From Bacteroidota bacterium (GTDB lineage: Bacteria; Bacteroidota; Bacteroidia; Chitinophagales; JADIYW01): a stretch of DNA of 44,297 bases. The stretch lies in NCBI GenBank assembly GCA_020436175.1, contig JAGQYH010000002.1, positions 1-44,297 of the forward strand. The letters run 5' to 3'. Positions 21,653-30,104 of this stretch are shown here, piece after piece. Within the stretch, counting starts at the first letter, position 1; each line of letters begins with the position of its first letter. Under the pieces are notes generated by a model that did not search any database, had not been told where the DNA came from, and worked only from the letters and a program-made list of their open reading frames with translations. A program made the position numbers and the translations under genes.

Positions 21653-22219
21653 ATGGATACATCTGATATATTCGAATTGTTAAAGTACATCATCCCTTCT
21701 GTGGTGATCTTTATCGGAACCTATTTTATCATGCAGAACTTTTTTGAAAATCAATGGAAAGAAAGAGGATATGAAGTAAAAGCCAAGGAATTGGAATTAA
21801 AGAACAAAGAGATTACCGAAAGAAATAGGATTGTTTTGCCCATAAAATTACAGGCTTATGAACGATTGATCATATTTTTAGAGAGGATTAGTCCGAATAG
21901 CAGCCTGCAAAGAGTCCGACTCCCGGGAATGTCGGCAAGTGATCTACAATTGGCCTTAATTACCAATATTAGAGCGGAGTTTGAACACAATACTGCCCAA
22001 CAGTTATATATATCTAAGGATGCTTGGCAGTTGGTAAAAACCGTTAAAGAAGAAATGATCAAACTCTATAACCTGATAGGTGCCAATATTGCAAAGGAAG
22101 CTTCGGGATTAGATTACAGTAAGGCGATCTTGGAATATCTGTTGAACAGCGAGAAAGATCTTCCGACAGATACTGCCATCAAGTTTTTAAAACAGGATGC
22201 TGCCAAATACTTGGATTAA
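21653..22219 (+). CDS. Hypothetical membrane-anchored protein
   Basis: 188 aa ORF with one N-terminal TM helix. No motif recognised. Confidence 0.45.
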   Translation: MDTSDIFELLKYIIPSVVIFIGTYFIMQNFFENQWKERGYEVKAKELELKNKEITERNRIVLPIKLQAYERLIIFLERISPNSSLQRVRLPGMSASDLQLALITNIRAEFEHNTAQQLYISKDAWQLVKTVKEEMIKLYNLIGANIAKEASGLDYSKAILEYLLNSEKDLPTDTAIKFLKQDAAKYLD

Positions 22220-22962
22220 TGTATATGCGTAAAATATTCGGTTTCGTTCTTCTCATTTCTATGGTGTTGTCTTGCAAGCCTTTGCAAGTGGTAAAAACGG
22301 ATTCGGAAGAAATAAAAACGTCTGTATCTACTGAACAATCCGATGAAATAAATGCTTTGATTGCTCCTTATAAAGCACAGTTGGAAGGCGCGATGGGTGA
22401 TACAGTGGTCTATTTAAAGGAAGATCTTACGTTGGAAAAACCCGAAAGCACTTTAGGCAATCATGTTGCGGAAGTGATTTATTGGGCGGCACAAAGCAAG
22501 TCTAATGAAAAGATCGATTTTTCCATTTCTAATTTTGGGGGCATTCGAGTGCCGTATGTAGGTAAAGGTCCGTTGTTGGTAAAGGATGCATATCAGATCA
22601 TGCCATTTGATAATTATGTGGTGAGCATAAAAATTCCCGGTAGAGTAGTGCTTACTTTGATTAACCATATGGCAGAACAAGGCGGATGGCCGGTTCATTT
22701 ATTACGCTATGATATTCAGGATAGCCAACCGATAAATATTCAAGTTCAAGGAGAATCCTTTGATATCAGTAAAGAATATGTGGTGGCCTTAACGGATTAT
22801 TTGGCTACAGGGGGCGACCATTTGAGTTTTCTAAAGGATTATGAGTATATCAACACCAATTTTTATGTGCGGGATGCCATAATCAAGTTTTGGGAAACCA
22901 AATCTGGTAGTAATGAGAAAATAGAAGCCATTAAAGATGGTAGAGTTAAAATAATTGATTAA
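22219..22962 (+). CDS. 5'-nucleotidase C-terminal (substrate-binding) domain lipoprotein
   Basis: Lipobox LSC. GGIRVPY, QIMPFDNYVV, TDYLATGGD resemble the UshA C-domain. Confidence 0.7.
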   Translation: MYMRKIFGFVLLISMVLSCKPLQVVKTDSEEIKTSVSTEQSDEINALIAPYKAQLEGAMGDTVVYLKEDLTLEKPESTLGNHVAEVIYWAAQSKSNEKIDFSISNFGGIRVPYVGKGPLLVKDAYQIMPFDNYVVSIKIPGRVVLTLINHMAEQGGWPVHLLRYDIQDSQPINIQVQGESFDISKEYVVALTDYLATGGDHLSFLKDYEYINTNFYVRDAIIKFWETKSGSNEKIEAIKDGRVKIID

Positions 22963-22975
22963 CTTCTTCCCGCTC

Positions 22976-23905
22976 ATGAATAGACGTGATTTTATCAGAT
23001 TAAGTGCTTTAACAGGAGCATTGTCGGTTAGTCCATGGCCGCTGCATGCCATTGGTAAGGAAGAGATGATCAAACTGACCATTCTTCATACAAATGATGT
23101 TCACAGCAGAATTGAGCCTTTTCCAATAGATCATAAACGGTATCCAGGAATGGGTGGTGCTGCGGCAAGAGCCTCCATTATCAAAGATATTCGCGCCAAA
23201 GAAGAACACGTACTTTTATTGGATGCCGGAGATATGTTTCAAGGAACGCCTTATTTCAATTTTTTTAATGGGGAGCTGGAGTTTAAGCTGATGAGCGAAA
23301 TGGGATATGATGCGGCCACCATCGGAAATCATGATTTCGATGCCGGCATGGATAGTCTTTATCAACAGCTTGAAAATGCCAATTTTCCACTTTTAAATTG
23401 TAATTACGATTTCAGAGATACAATAATGGAAGGTCAAACAGCGCCCTATAAGATTTTTAAAAAAGGGAAATTAAATATTGGCGTCTTTGGTGTAGGTATT
23501 GAATTAGATGGTTTGGTACCTTCAAAACTATATGGTAAAACGAAATATTTAAACCCTGTTAACATTGCAAATGAGACAGCAAAATTTTTAAAGGAGGAAA
23601 TGAAGTGCGATTATGTGGTGGTTTTATCACATTTGGGTTTCGAGTATGACCACAATAAAGTGTCGGATAAAGTGCTGGCATCCAACTCAAGTAATATTGA
23701 TTTAATATTAGGTGGACATACCCATACCTTTCTCGATCAACCGGTTTGGCAACGAAATGTGGAGGGAGAATTAGTCATGATTAACCAAGTAGGTTGGGCG
23801 GGTTTAATTTTAGGTAAAATCGAAATTTATTTCCAAAAAAGTTTCAACAAAAAATGGGCGTATGGGGAAACTGTTATTGTGGATAAAAATCCAATAGGAA
23901 TTTGA
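22976..23905 (+). CDS. Metallophosphoesterase (UshA/5'-nucleotidase N-terminal domain type) with Tat-like signal
   Basis: ORF from TTG at 22955; ATG at 22976 gives MNRRDFIRLSAL (twin-arginine-like). Metallophosphatase motifs HTNDVHS, DAGDMFQG, GNHDFD, GGHTH. Confidence 0.8.
   Translation: MNRRDFIRLSALTGALSVSPWPLHAIGKEEMIKLTILHTNDVHSRIEPFPIDHKRYPGMGGAAARASIIKDIRAKEEHVLLLDAGDMFQGTPYFNFFNGELEFKLMSEMGYDAATIGNHDFDAGMDSLYQQLENANFPLLNCNYDFRDTIMEGQTAPYKIFKKGKLNIGVFGVGIELDGLVPSKLYGKTKYLNPVNIANETAKFLKEEMKCDYVVVLSHLGFEYDHNKVSDKVLASNSSNIDLILGGHTHTFLDQPVWQRNVEGELVMINQVGWAGLILGKIEIYFQKSFNKKWAYGETVIVDKNPIGI
23878..23886. promoter_or_regulatory. Consensus DnaA box (TGTGGATAA / TTATCCACA)
   Basis: Perfect 9-mer read at 23878-23886, about 95 nt upstream of the dnaA start, inside the 3' end of the preceding CDS. 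Confidence 0.5.
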
Positions 23906-23980
23906 TTTTTTTTAAAAGTTTTTTTTCTTCAAATTTACAGTCCCGTCATTAGATAACCATTTAAAACCTGATTACTAACT

Positions 23981-25423
23981 ATGAAGAACAAGTGCGAACT
24001 TGTATGGGAGAAGTGTTTGCTTATCATTAAGGATAACATTAACCTCCAAAGCTACAAGACATGGTTCGAGCCAATTAAACCGGTAAACCTAGAGAAGGAT
24101 GTTATAACCATCCAAGTGCCTTCTCAATTTTTTTACGAATGGTTGGAAGAACACTATGTTACGCTATTAAGAAAAACGATAAAAAGAATTATAGGAGAAA
24201 CTGCTAAACTTGAATATCAAATAGTAATGGATAACAATTCACAAAACGGGAAATCAGGTAAACCCGCCGTGATCAAATATCCGAACTACAGCGAAGGGGC
24301 AAAAAAATACAATGAGATGAATACGGCATATGGTTTTGAAAGCCCGATGATCAAAAATCCATTTGTTATCCCGGGATTGAAAAAAATCAGTGTTGATTCG
24401 CAATTGAACCCTAACTATACTTTTGAATCTTACATTGAAGGCGATTGTAACAGATTGGCAAGATCTGCTGGTATCGCGGTTTCCAAAGCTCCGGGTGCAA
24501 CGGCATTTAATCCGTTGGTGTTGTATGGAGGTGTAGGTTTAGGAAAAACGCATTTGGCACAAGCCATCGGCAACTATGTGAAAGCCCACAACTCTAATAA
24601 GGTAGTTTTATATGTATCCTCTGAGAAATTCACGAATCAGTTTATCGATGCGCTTAAAAATAACAGCGTTAATGATTTTGTTCATTTCTATCAAGTAATT
24701 GATGTATTGATCATTGACGACATCCAGTTCTTTTCCAATAAGGCAAAGACACAAGATATCTTCTTCCATATATTTAACCATCTTCACCAAAGCGGTAAAC
24801 AATTGATCTTAACTTCCGATCGACCACCGAAAGATTTGGAAGGCATGGAAGAGAGATTGTTGTCGAGATTTAAATGGGGATTATCAGCTGATCTGTCAAT
24901 GCCTGATTTCGAGACCCGAATTGCCATCCTTGAGAATAAGATGAATGCAGATGGTATTTTAATACCGAAGGAAGTAGTGGAATTTGTGGCCTATAACATC
25001 AAATCTAATATCAGAGAATTAGAAGGGGTATTGATATCGCTTTTGGCTCAATCCTCCTTAACCAAACAGGACATCACTATTGATTTAGCTAAGAAGATCG
25101 TAGCCAATTTTGTAAAGAGTGTGTCGAAAGAAATTTCAATTGATACCATCCAGAAGGTGGTGTGTGAGCATTTGGAAATTCCTTTGGATAAATTGAAAGC
25201 GAAAACAAGGAAAAGAGAGGTGGTACAAGCCAGACAACTATCTATGTTCTTTGCCAAGGAATTTACCAATAGCAGCTTAAAAGCCATTGGAGGTCATTTT
25301 GGAGGTAGAGATCACAGTACAGTGATCCATTCTTGCCAAGCCGTAAAGAATTTGGTAGATACCGATGAGGACTTTAGAGATACGGTAGAAGAATTAAAAA
25401 AGAGAATACAGCTTACCGTATAG
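23981..25423 (+). CDS. dnaA: Chromosomal replication initiator protein DnaA
   Basis: 480 aa. GGVGLGKTHL (Walker A), LIIDDIQF (Walker B), C-terminal DNA-binding helix GGRDHSTVIHSC. Confidence 0.95.
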   Translation: MKNKCELVWEKCLLIIKDNINLQSYKTWFEPIKPVNLEKDVITIQVPSQFFYEWLEEHYVTLLRKTIKRIIGETAKLEYQIVMDNNSQNGKSGKPAVIKYPNYSEGAKKYNEMNTAYGFESPMIKNPFVIPGLKKISVDSQLNPNYTFESYIEGDCNRLARSAGIAVSKAPGATAFNPLVLYGGVGLGKTHLAQAIGNYVKAHNSNKVVLYVSSEKFTNQFIDALKNNSVNDFVHFYQVIDVLIIDDIQFFSNKAKTQDIFFHIFNHLHQSGKQLILTSDRPPKDLEGMEERLLSRFKWGLSADLSMPDFETRIAILENKMNADGILIPKEVVEFVAYNIKSNIRELEGVLISLLAQSSLTKQDITIDLAKKIVANFVKSVSKEISIDTIQKVVCEHLEIPLDKLKAKTRKREVVQARQLSMFFAKEFTNSSLKAIGGHFGGRDHSTVIHSCQAVKNLVDTDEDFRDTVEELKKRIQLTV

Positions 25424-25450
25424 AACTGAAAGGAGTACAAAAGAAAATGA

Positions 25451-25483
25451 AAAAGGGTTGGCAATTAGCTAACCCTTTTTTTT
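25451..25483 (+). terminator. Intrinsic terminator after dnaA (possibly bidirectional)
   Basis: AAGGGTT-ggcaattagct-AACCCTT followed by a T8 run. A-rich on the 5' side, so it could also serve the convergent gene. Confidence 0.6.
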
Positions 25484-25526
25484 ATTTCAAGCGGAAATCA
25501 AATGACCAGTTATATCTTTTGTATCG

Positions 25527-25964
25527 TTAGTTAAAAATGATTTTTATTTCAACTCGCCTGTTTTTCTGACGACCTTCGGTAGTACTTTGATCATCATCAG
25601 CCTTAAAAACCAATTGATAGCTGCCATTCGGATGTCCGCTAACGGTGAATCGGCCTAATTCATTCTTATTCTGGATTCTATTGGGCACAATAACGGGTTC
25701 ATACCTAACATCATAGGCTCCGGTGATCACTTCAATTTCTTCAATTGCACTGATGTCTTCATTGGCAATAATTACTAGATCCGCATCAATTGATGGCGTG
25801 CTATGCACGGATTTTCCCTTACATACATTGATAAAAAGTGGAGGACTTTGATGATCAGAGACAGTGCCGGTAATAGTTCCGGTTTGTGCTTGGCTTTGCG
25901 CAGATAAAGGCATAGTAAAAAATAAACTTAATGTAAGTAGGCTAAATGTGATAATTGCTTTCAT
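25527..25964 (-). CDS. Small secreted hypothetical protein ending in an OmpA-C-like tail motif
   Basis: Signal peptide (MKAIITFSLLTLSLFFTMPLSAQ). The C-terminus EGRQKNRRVEIKIIF resembles only the last strand of OmpA_C domains. Confidence 0.5.
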   Translation of the reverse strand: MKAIITFSLLTLSLFFTMPLSAQSQAQTGTITGTVSDHQSPPLFINVCKGKSVHSTPSIDADLVIIANEDISAIEEIEVITGAYDVRYEPVIVPNRIQNKNELGRFTVSGHPNGSYQLVFKADDDQSTTEGRQKNRRVEIKIIFN

Positions 25965-26338
25965 CTTTTCAATATTTACGTATGAATAAAAATAATAATT
26001 TAATTCGCTTGTTATTGTCGAATCTGAATATGAATTACATCGAACGACTAAATGTTACCCTCGAACAACTTGATTACTTGTGTCATGATCAGCCATAATG
26101 AGAAAAACAAGACATAAAGTTTTATGTCGCTCGAATCCAATTTGCTGGACAATGCAGAAAATTCTTACTCGTTGATGTAAATTTTATGAATTAAATAAAA
26201 GTAACTACTTGCGCAGTACCGAATAACTTTATACCTTCGCCATCCCTTTTAAAAGACGGGTAAAAGGGCGCGTTCTTACAAGTACCACAGCTAGAAAATA
26301 ATTATTGTTCTTTAAGAACAATAAACTATACCTATACA

Positions 26339-26425
26339 GGTGACATGGGTGAGTGGCTAAAACCAGTAGTTTGCTAAACTGCCGTACTCGAAAGGGTACC
26401 GAGGGTTCGAATCCCTCTGTCACCG
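26339..26425 (+). tRNA. tRNA-Ser(GCT)
   Basis: Hand-folded. Acceptor GGTGACA/TGTCACC. Anticodon arm GTAGT-TTGCTAA-ACTGC. Long variable arm CGTACTCGAAAGGGTACC. T arm GAGGG-TTCGAAT-CCCTC. Discriminator G. Confidence 0.9.
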
Positions 26426-26426
26426 C

Positions 26427-26460
26427 AAGCAACCAATAGTTTAGCTGTTGGTTGCTTTTT
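26427..26460 (+). terminator. Intrinsic terminator after tRNA-Ser
   Basis: GCAACCAA...TTGGTTGC 8-bp stem followed by TTTTT. Confidence 0.7.
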
Positions 26461-26546
26461 ATTATAAATGATTTATTAAAGTGTGCTGCTTTATAATTGA
26501 TAAGATAAAGCTATCTTTGCAGCCGCTTTAAAAGTGAATAATGCTT

Positions 26547-26621
26547 CGGGGTGTAGCGCAGTCCGGTTAGCGCACCTGGTTTGGGACCAGGGGGTCGCAG
26601 GTTCGAATCCTGCCACCCCGA
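26547..26621 (+). tRNA. tRNA-Pro(TGG)
   Basis: Acceptor CGGGGTG/CACCCCG. Anticodon arm CCTGG-TTTGGGA-CCAGG. T arm GCAGG-TTCGAAT-CCTGC. Discriminator A. Confidence 0.9.
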
Positions 26622-26630
26622 CGAAGCAAG

Positions 26631-26666
26631 AAAAAGTCTTTCCAAAAATTGGAAAGACTTTTTTGT
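26631..26666 (+). terminator. Intrinsic terminator after tRNA-Pro
   Basis: AAAAGTCTTTCC-aaaaatt-GGAAAGACTTTT 12-bp stem followed by a T run. Confidence 0.7.
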
Positions 26667-26687
26667 TTGAGCAAAACTCAAGCTTGC

Positions 26688-26943
26688 TTGGTGTTTTGTG
26701 AAAACAAAAAAGTAAGCAAACGAAGTTTGCAAGAATTTTACTTGCTTCGTCAACTCCATTTACAGGAATGCCAAGCGCAAGCGACGGCAATCCTGCTGCA
26801 AAAACCATCTTAAAACTTTTATCCAAACATGTTTGAGATTTGGTGAGGACAAAAAAGTAAAGAGCGATAACTCTTAAGACTTTACTTACTTTAATATATC
26901 CAATTACTAGAAAATCAAGCGATAGTGCTGGCAATCCTGCCAC
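26688..26943 (+). repeat. Two degenerate tandem units (26688-26799, 26840-26943), each ending in a copy of the tRNA-Pro T-arm/acceptor segment
   Basis: Shared ordered blocks: TTGGTG, ACAAAAAAGTAA, TTTACTT, CAAGCG, GGCAATCCTGC. Unit 2 ends AATCCTGCCAC (26933-26943), identical to tRNA-Pro 26606-26616. Unit 1 ends GGCAATCCTGCTGC. Confidence 0.55.
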
Positions 26944-27112
26944 GGGAAGATGTGTTACTATTGAACTAGTTTTTGAGGATTTTTTTAGTTGTATATTGAG
27001 TAACTATTTGCCATTGTAAATTCCTATTTTTAACCATAGGTTTAATGTTATATTTAAATTAGAATTAAAAACAATCAACTAAAATAGAAACTAAACTAAA
27101 GTCACATTTCAA

Positions 27113-28492
27113 TTGAATAAAAAAGGAGAGATATCTAAACAATATTATCATATTTACATAAGGATTATTCTTGTTGTATTGGCTTTTATAAGTATGTCAA
27201 TTTTTAATCTATGCTTTGCAAGCAATAGTGAATTAAAAAGTGATGAGAATAATTTAGGAATTGGGAACCAAACACAATTTGGGGTAGTAGTCGAAAACAG
27301 TATCTTACCGTCATCTGATAAAATAGTTGGGACAGGTAGTCATGTAAAAGGTGGATATATCCTCACATGTGCTCATTTGATTACGACTGCACCTAGTATC
27401 AATAATATACGTGTAAAATCCTTATTTGGAGAATTTGATTGTCATGATTTGCTTTTTATCGACTATTTCCTTGATGTTGCTATCTTAATAATAGATGACA
27501 TTGATGCTAATATAGGGTTAGAATTAAGTACCGAAGAGTATTTATCATTCAATTCTAAGGATTTAGAGGTTCTTATTGCCGAAAGAATTGGAGATGTATC
27601 CTCTTTTAATAAGAAATCAATTGATGTTAAAGTTGAGAGCGAAGAAGAAAACCTGATAATGAAGTTTCCTCAAAACATGATGCTTAGTTTCTATCATACC
27701 AGCTATGAGTTTGTACCTGGCAACAGTGGTTCAGTTGTTATAAATCCAGTAAGTAATGAAATAATGGGACTGGTTATGGGAACTGCAAGTATTCATGGCG
27801 AATATCAGTTTGGTACAATTTTGCCTGTTGATGACTTCGGACATTTATTTGCAGATTCAGAAAAAATTAAGGGAATTCCAGTAAATGAAATTCCTAGTGT
27901 TTCAGTTGTAAAATTGAAAAATGGTCAAATATTGGCACAATCAAATCTTTCAGCGCAAGAACCAATGAAGATTAGTGGGAAAATAAAATACTATATTTCT
28001 GACCATTATATTATGGAGTTCCCTATAAAGGACAATTCTCTTTATGGAGATTTGGAGTTCTCTCTTTCTGATTTTTTAATTTGGAAAATGAGATTTGACC
28101 ACGATTCAAGAAAGTCAATATCTATATATTCATTTAGTGGCTTTGAAAGAATTAGAGGAGTTTATAAAGATGGAATGCCATATGGGAATTGGAAAATCTA
28201 TAACGCTTATGGCGAGTTAGAAATAGAGAAACCCTTCAATGAGATTTCAACCTTTCTTTATTTTGAAGAAATGATAATCAAACTATCTGTAGAGAGTATA
28301 TTTGATTATAAGAGAAAAGGATTTAACTTTCAACCCTCAAAATTTCATTCTTATTTTTTGAGCTATTTTAAGGATAGATTGGATAACGAATTGCTGATTG
28401 AAAGTCTCTTTGACTATACTTTATTTAATCAATTTTCTGAAGAAAGGATTGAGAAGTTATGTAATGAAGCGTACCAATTCAGTAAAAACTAA
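27113..28492 (+). CDS. Membrane-anchored trypsin-like (S1-type) serine protease with C-terminal uncharacterised repeat region
   Basis: Putative catalytic triad read in order: LTCAHLI (His), LDVAILII (Asp), PGNSGSVV (Ser). N-terminal TM/signal. The C-terminal segment YKDGMPYGNWKIYNAYGELE is MORN-like. TTG start is uncertain. Confidence 0.6.
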   Translation: MNKKGEISKQYYHIYIRIILVVLAFISMSIFNLCFASNSELKSDENNLGIGNQTQFGVVVENSILPSSDKIVGTGSHVKGGYILTCAHLITTAPSINNIRVKSLFGEFDCHDLLFIDYFLDVAILIIDDIDANIGLELSTEEYLSFNSKDLEVLIAERIGDVSSFNKKSIDVKVESEEENLIMKFPQNMMLSFYHTSYEFVPGNSGSVVINPVSNEIMGLVMGTASIHGEYQFGTILPVDDFGHLFADSEKIKGIPVNEIPSVSVVKLKNGQILAQSNLSAQEPMKISGKIKYYISDHYIMEFPIKDNSLYGDLEFSLSDFLIWKMRFDHDSRKSISIYSFSGFERIRGVYKDGMPYGNWKIYNAYGELEIEKPFNEISTFLYFEEMIIKLSVESIFDYKRKGFNFQPSKFHSYFLSYFKDRLDNELLIESLFDYTLFNQFSEERIEKLCNEAYQFSKN

Positions 28493-28496
28493 AACT

Positions 28497-29090
28497 ATGT
28501 ATAAAATAATAATTACGCTGCTACTCACATTATGTGCTGATTCGATGATTGCTCAATCTAGCAATGCATATGTTACATTAAAGGATGGCTACAAAATGCC
28601 AAAAGCAGAGTTTGTTAATTCATGTGTGACAGGTGTGGAGGCTATGAGTGGCAACATCTTTGATACAGAGAGCTACTGTGAGTGTTCTTTAGATTTAATT
28701 GCTAGATACTTTACACAAAGTGATTTAATGCAATTAATGAATGGTGATAAAAGCTCAATGGAAAACGCATATAACGTGATTTTTAAAGGTCTACCTGAGC
28801 AGGGGATGATTGAACTTCAACAATGCATGATTGGCCACTTGAAGGATGAAAACAAAGTAGTCGGCTCTTTTACTCCTGAAGCAAAGAAAGCAGCAATCTA
28901 TAGTTGCGAACAAGAGGCTAGATTAGATTCTGAATTTGAACAATTGGTTGATGTGGAAGGATTCTGTAGTTGCTATATCGGTGAATTCATCAAGTACTTT
29001 AGTTATGCTGATATGTTAAGTCCAAAAGAAAAGGATTCTCCACGAATTGAGAAATTAATGAATGAATGTATAATGACAAATTTTAAGTAA
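28497..29090 (+). CDS. Secreted hypothetical protein with two copies of a Cys-motif module
   Basis: The track ORF starts at 28398, inside the upstream gene. ATG at 28497 gives the signal peptide MYKIIITLLLTLCADSMIAQ. Two internal modules: C...YCECSLDLIARYFTQSDLM and C...FCSCYIGEFIKYFSYADML. Starts 5 nt after the protease stop. Confidence 0.6.
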   Translation: MYKIIITLLLTLCADSMIAQSSNAYVTLKDGYKMPKAEFVNSCVTGVEAMSGNIFDTESYCECSLDLIARYFTQSDLMQLMNGDKSSMENAYNVIFKGLPEQGMIELQQCMIGHLKDENKVVGSFTPEAKKAAIYSCEQEARLDSEFEQLVDVEGFCSCYIGEFIKYFSYADMLSPKEKDSPRIEKLMNECIMTNFK

Positions 29091-29560
29091 TTCCTGATGA
29101 CTGATGTGTTGTGAGGTAACATCATCAAAAATTATTCATTGTCTTTTTGTTCTTCATCAGAATTAGCCAAGTCATCTAAAGGCTTGCTTAAAATTGATTT
29201 TACAATGAAATAATTAAAACCCTTCCTTAAACCCTTCTCCAAATGCTCCTAATAGAAATAATTAACCATAGTAATAGCAGCTTTTAGATAAAGGATTTCT
29301 CATCTTAATCTTTTTATAATTAAATAAAATCATTGTTGTCCGATAAAAATTGATATTTAGCTTTAGATTCGATATAGCTCAATAAATTAGCAGAAAATCG
29401 CACTATGTATTTATAGCTTTCTTAACCTTCATCAAGGTTGTTGTACTCTTCCCTGTAAGTCTATCTATATCTTTTACACTTAAAGCTTCTTTTAAAGACT
29501 TTGTCTTGCATAATTATCCATTTTTAAAGAATGTCTAAAAGGTAATCCGACTTTTAAATA

Positions 29561-29854
29561 TTACGGTAAATGGCTCAGATAATCTCTGCTATGGTGCAAT
29601 ATGCGCACAATTAGAATGTCATTGCCTTCTGATTGGTAAAAAATGATATGAGATTTAAAGGTAAATTTGTGTAAGCCTGATGAAAATTCAGAAGCATCTC
29701 GACCAATTGATTGATTATCTAGTAATATCTCAAAACATTCATATAAGCCTACTAAATATTCTTTTGATTGTTTTATGCCCCAATTTTCAATAGTGTAATC
29801 AGCAATATCTTCTACATCACTTTTGGCTTTCTTTGATAGCTCGTATTTAGCCAT
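29561..29854 (-). CDS. parE: Type II toxin, ParE/RelE superfamily
   Basis: An internal ATG at 29854 gives MAKYELSKKAKSDVEDIADYTIENWG... (97 aa), typical ParE length and N-terminus. 8-nt overlap (ATGGCTAA) with the antitoxin stop. Confidence 0.75.
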   Translation of the reverse strand: MAKYELSKKAKSDVEDIADYTIENWGIKQSKEYLVGLYECFEILLDNQSIGRDASEFSSGLHKFTFKSHIIFYQSEGNDILIVRILHHSRDYLSHLP

Positions 29855-30104
29855 GCTTTGCGTTATGTCTTTTTTTAGCTTCTGCCCAAATGTCATCAAA
29901 AGAGCTATTTTCACTAATTCCGCTGTCTAAACCTTCTTGTATAGCAGCCTTTAATGCAACAAATTTTGCATTTTGTGCCTGATCACGGCGCACTAAATCT
30001 CGCAAATATTCACTATCATTTGTATAGAGTCCATTTTCAATCTGCGACTTGATCCAGTGATCTTGTTGATCTGTAAATGTGACTGTTTTTCTTATCGTTC
30101 CCAT
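29847..30104 (-). CDS. parD: Type II antitoxin, ParD (CC2985/COG3609-like, RHH)
   Basis: 85 aa. KTVTFTDQQDHWIKSQIENGLYTNDSEYLRDLVRRDQ matches the ParD-type antitoxin pattern. Lies upstream of and overlaps the toxin. Confidence 0.8.
   Translation of the reverse strand: MGTIRKTVTFTDQQDHWIKSQIENGLYTNDSEYLRDLVRRDQAQNAKFVALKAAIQEGLDSGISENSSFDDIWAEAKKRHNAKHG

Noticed and set aside
26229-26943. ORFs 26229-26432, 26491-26943 and 26511-26759 (minus strand).
   Set aside because: They run through tRNA-Ser, tRNA-Pro, their terminators and the tandem repeats. The translations contain tRNA-derived strings (for example GFEPATPW) and are artefacts.
28398-28496. N-terminal extensions of track ORFs: 28398-28496 for the Cys-motif protein, 38228-38323 for the OmpA lipoprotein, and 29855-29914 for parE.
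   Set aside because: The extensions overlap upstream genes or use non-ATG starts. Internal ATGs give canonical signal peptides or family-typical N-termini.
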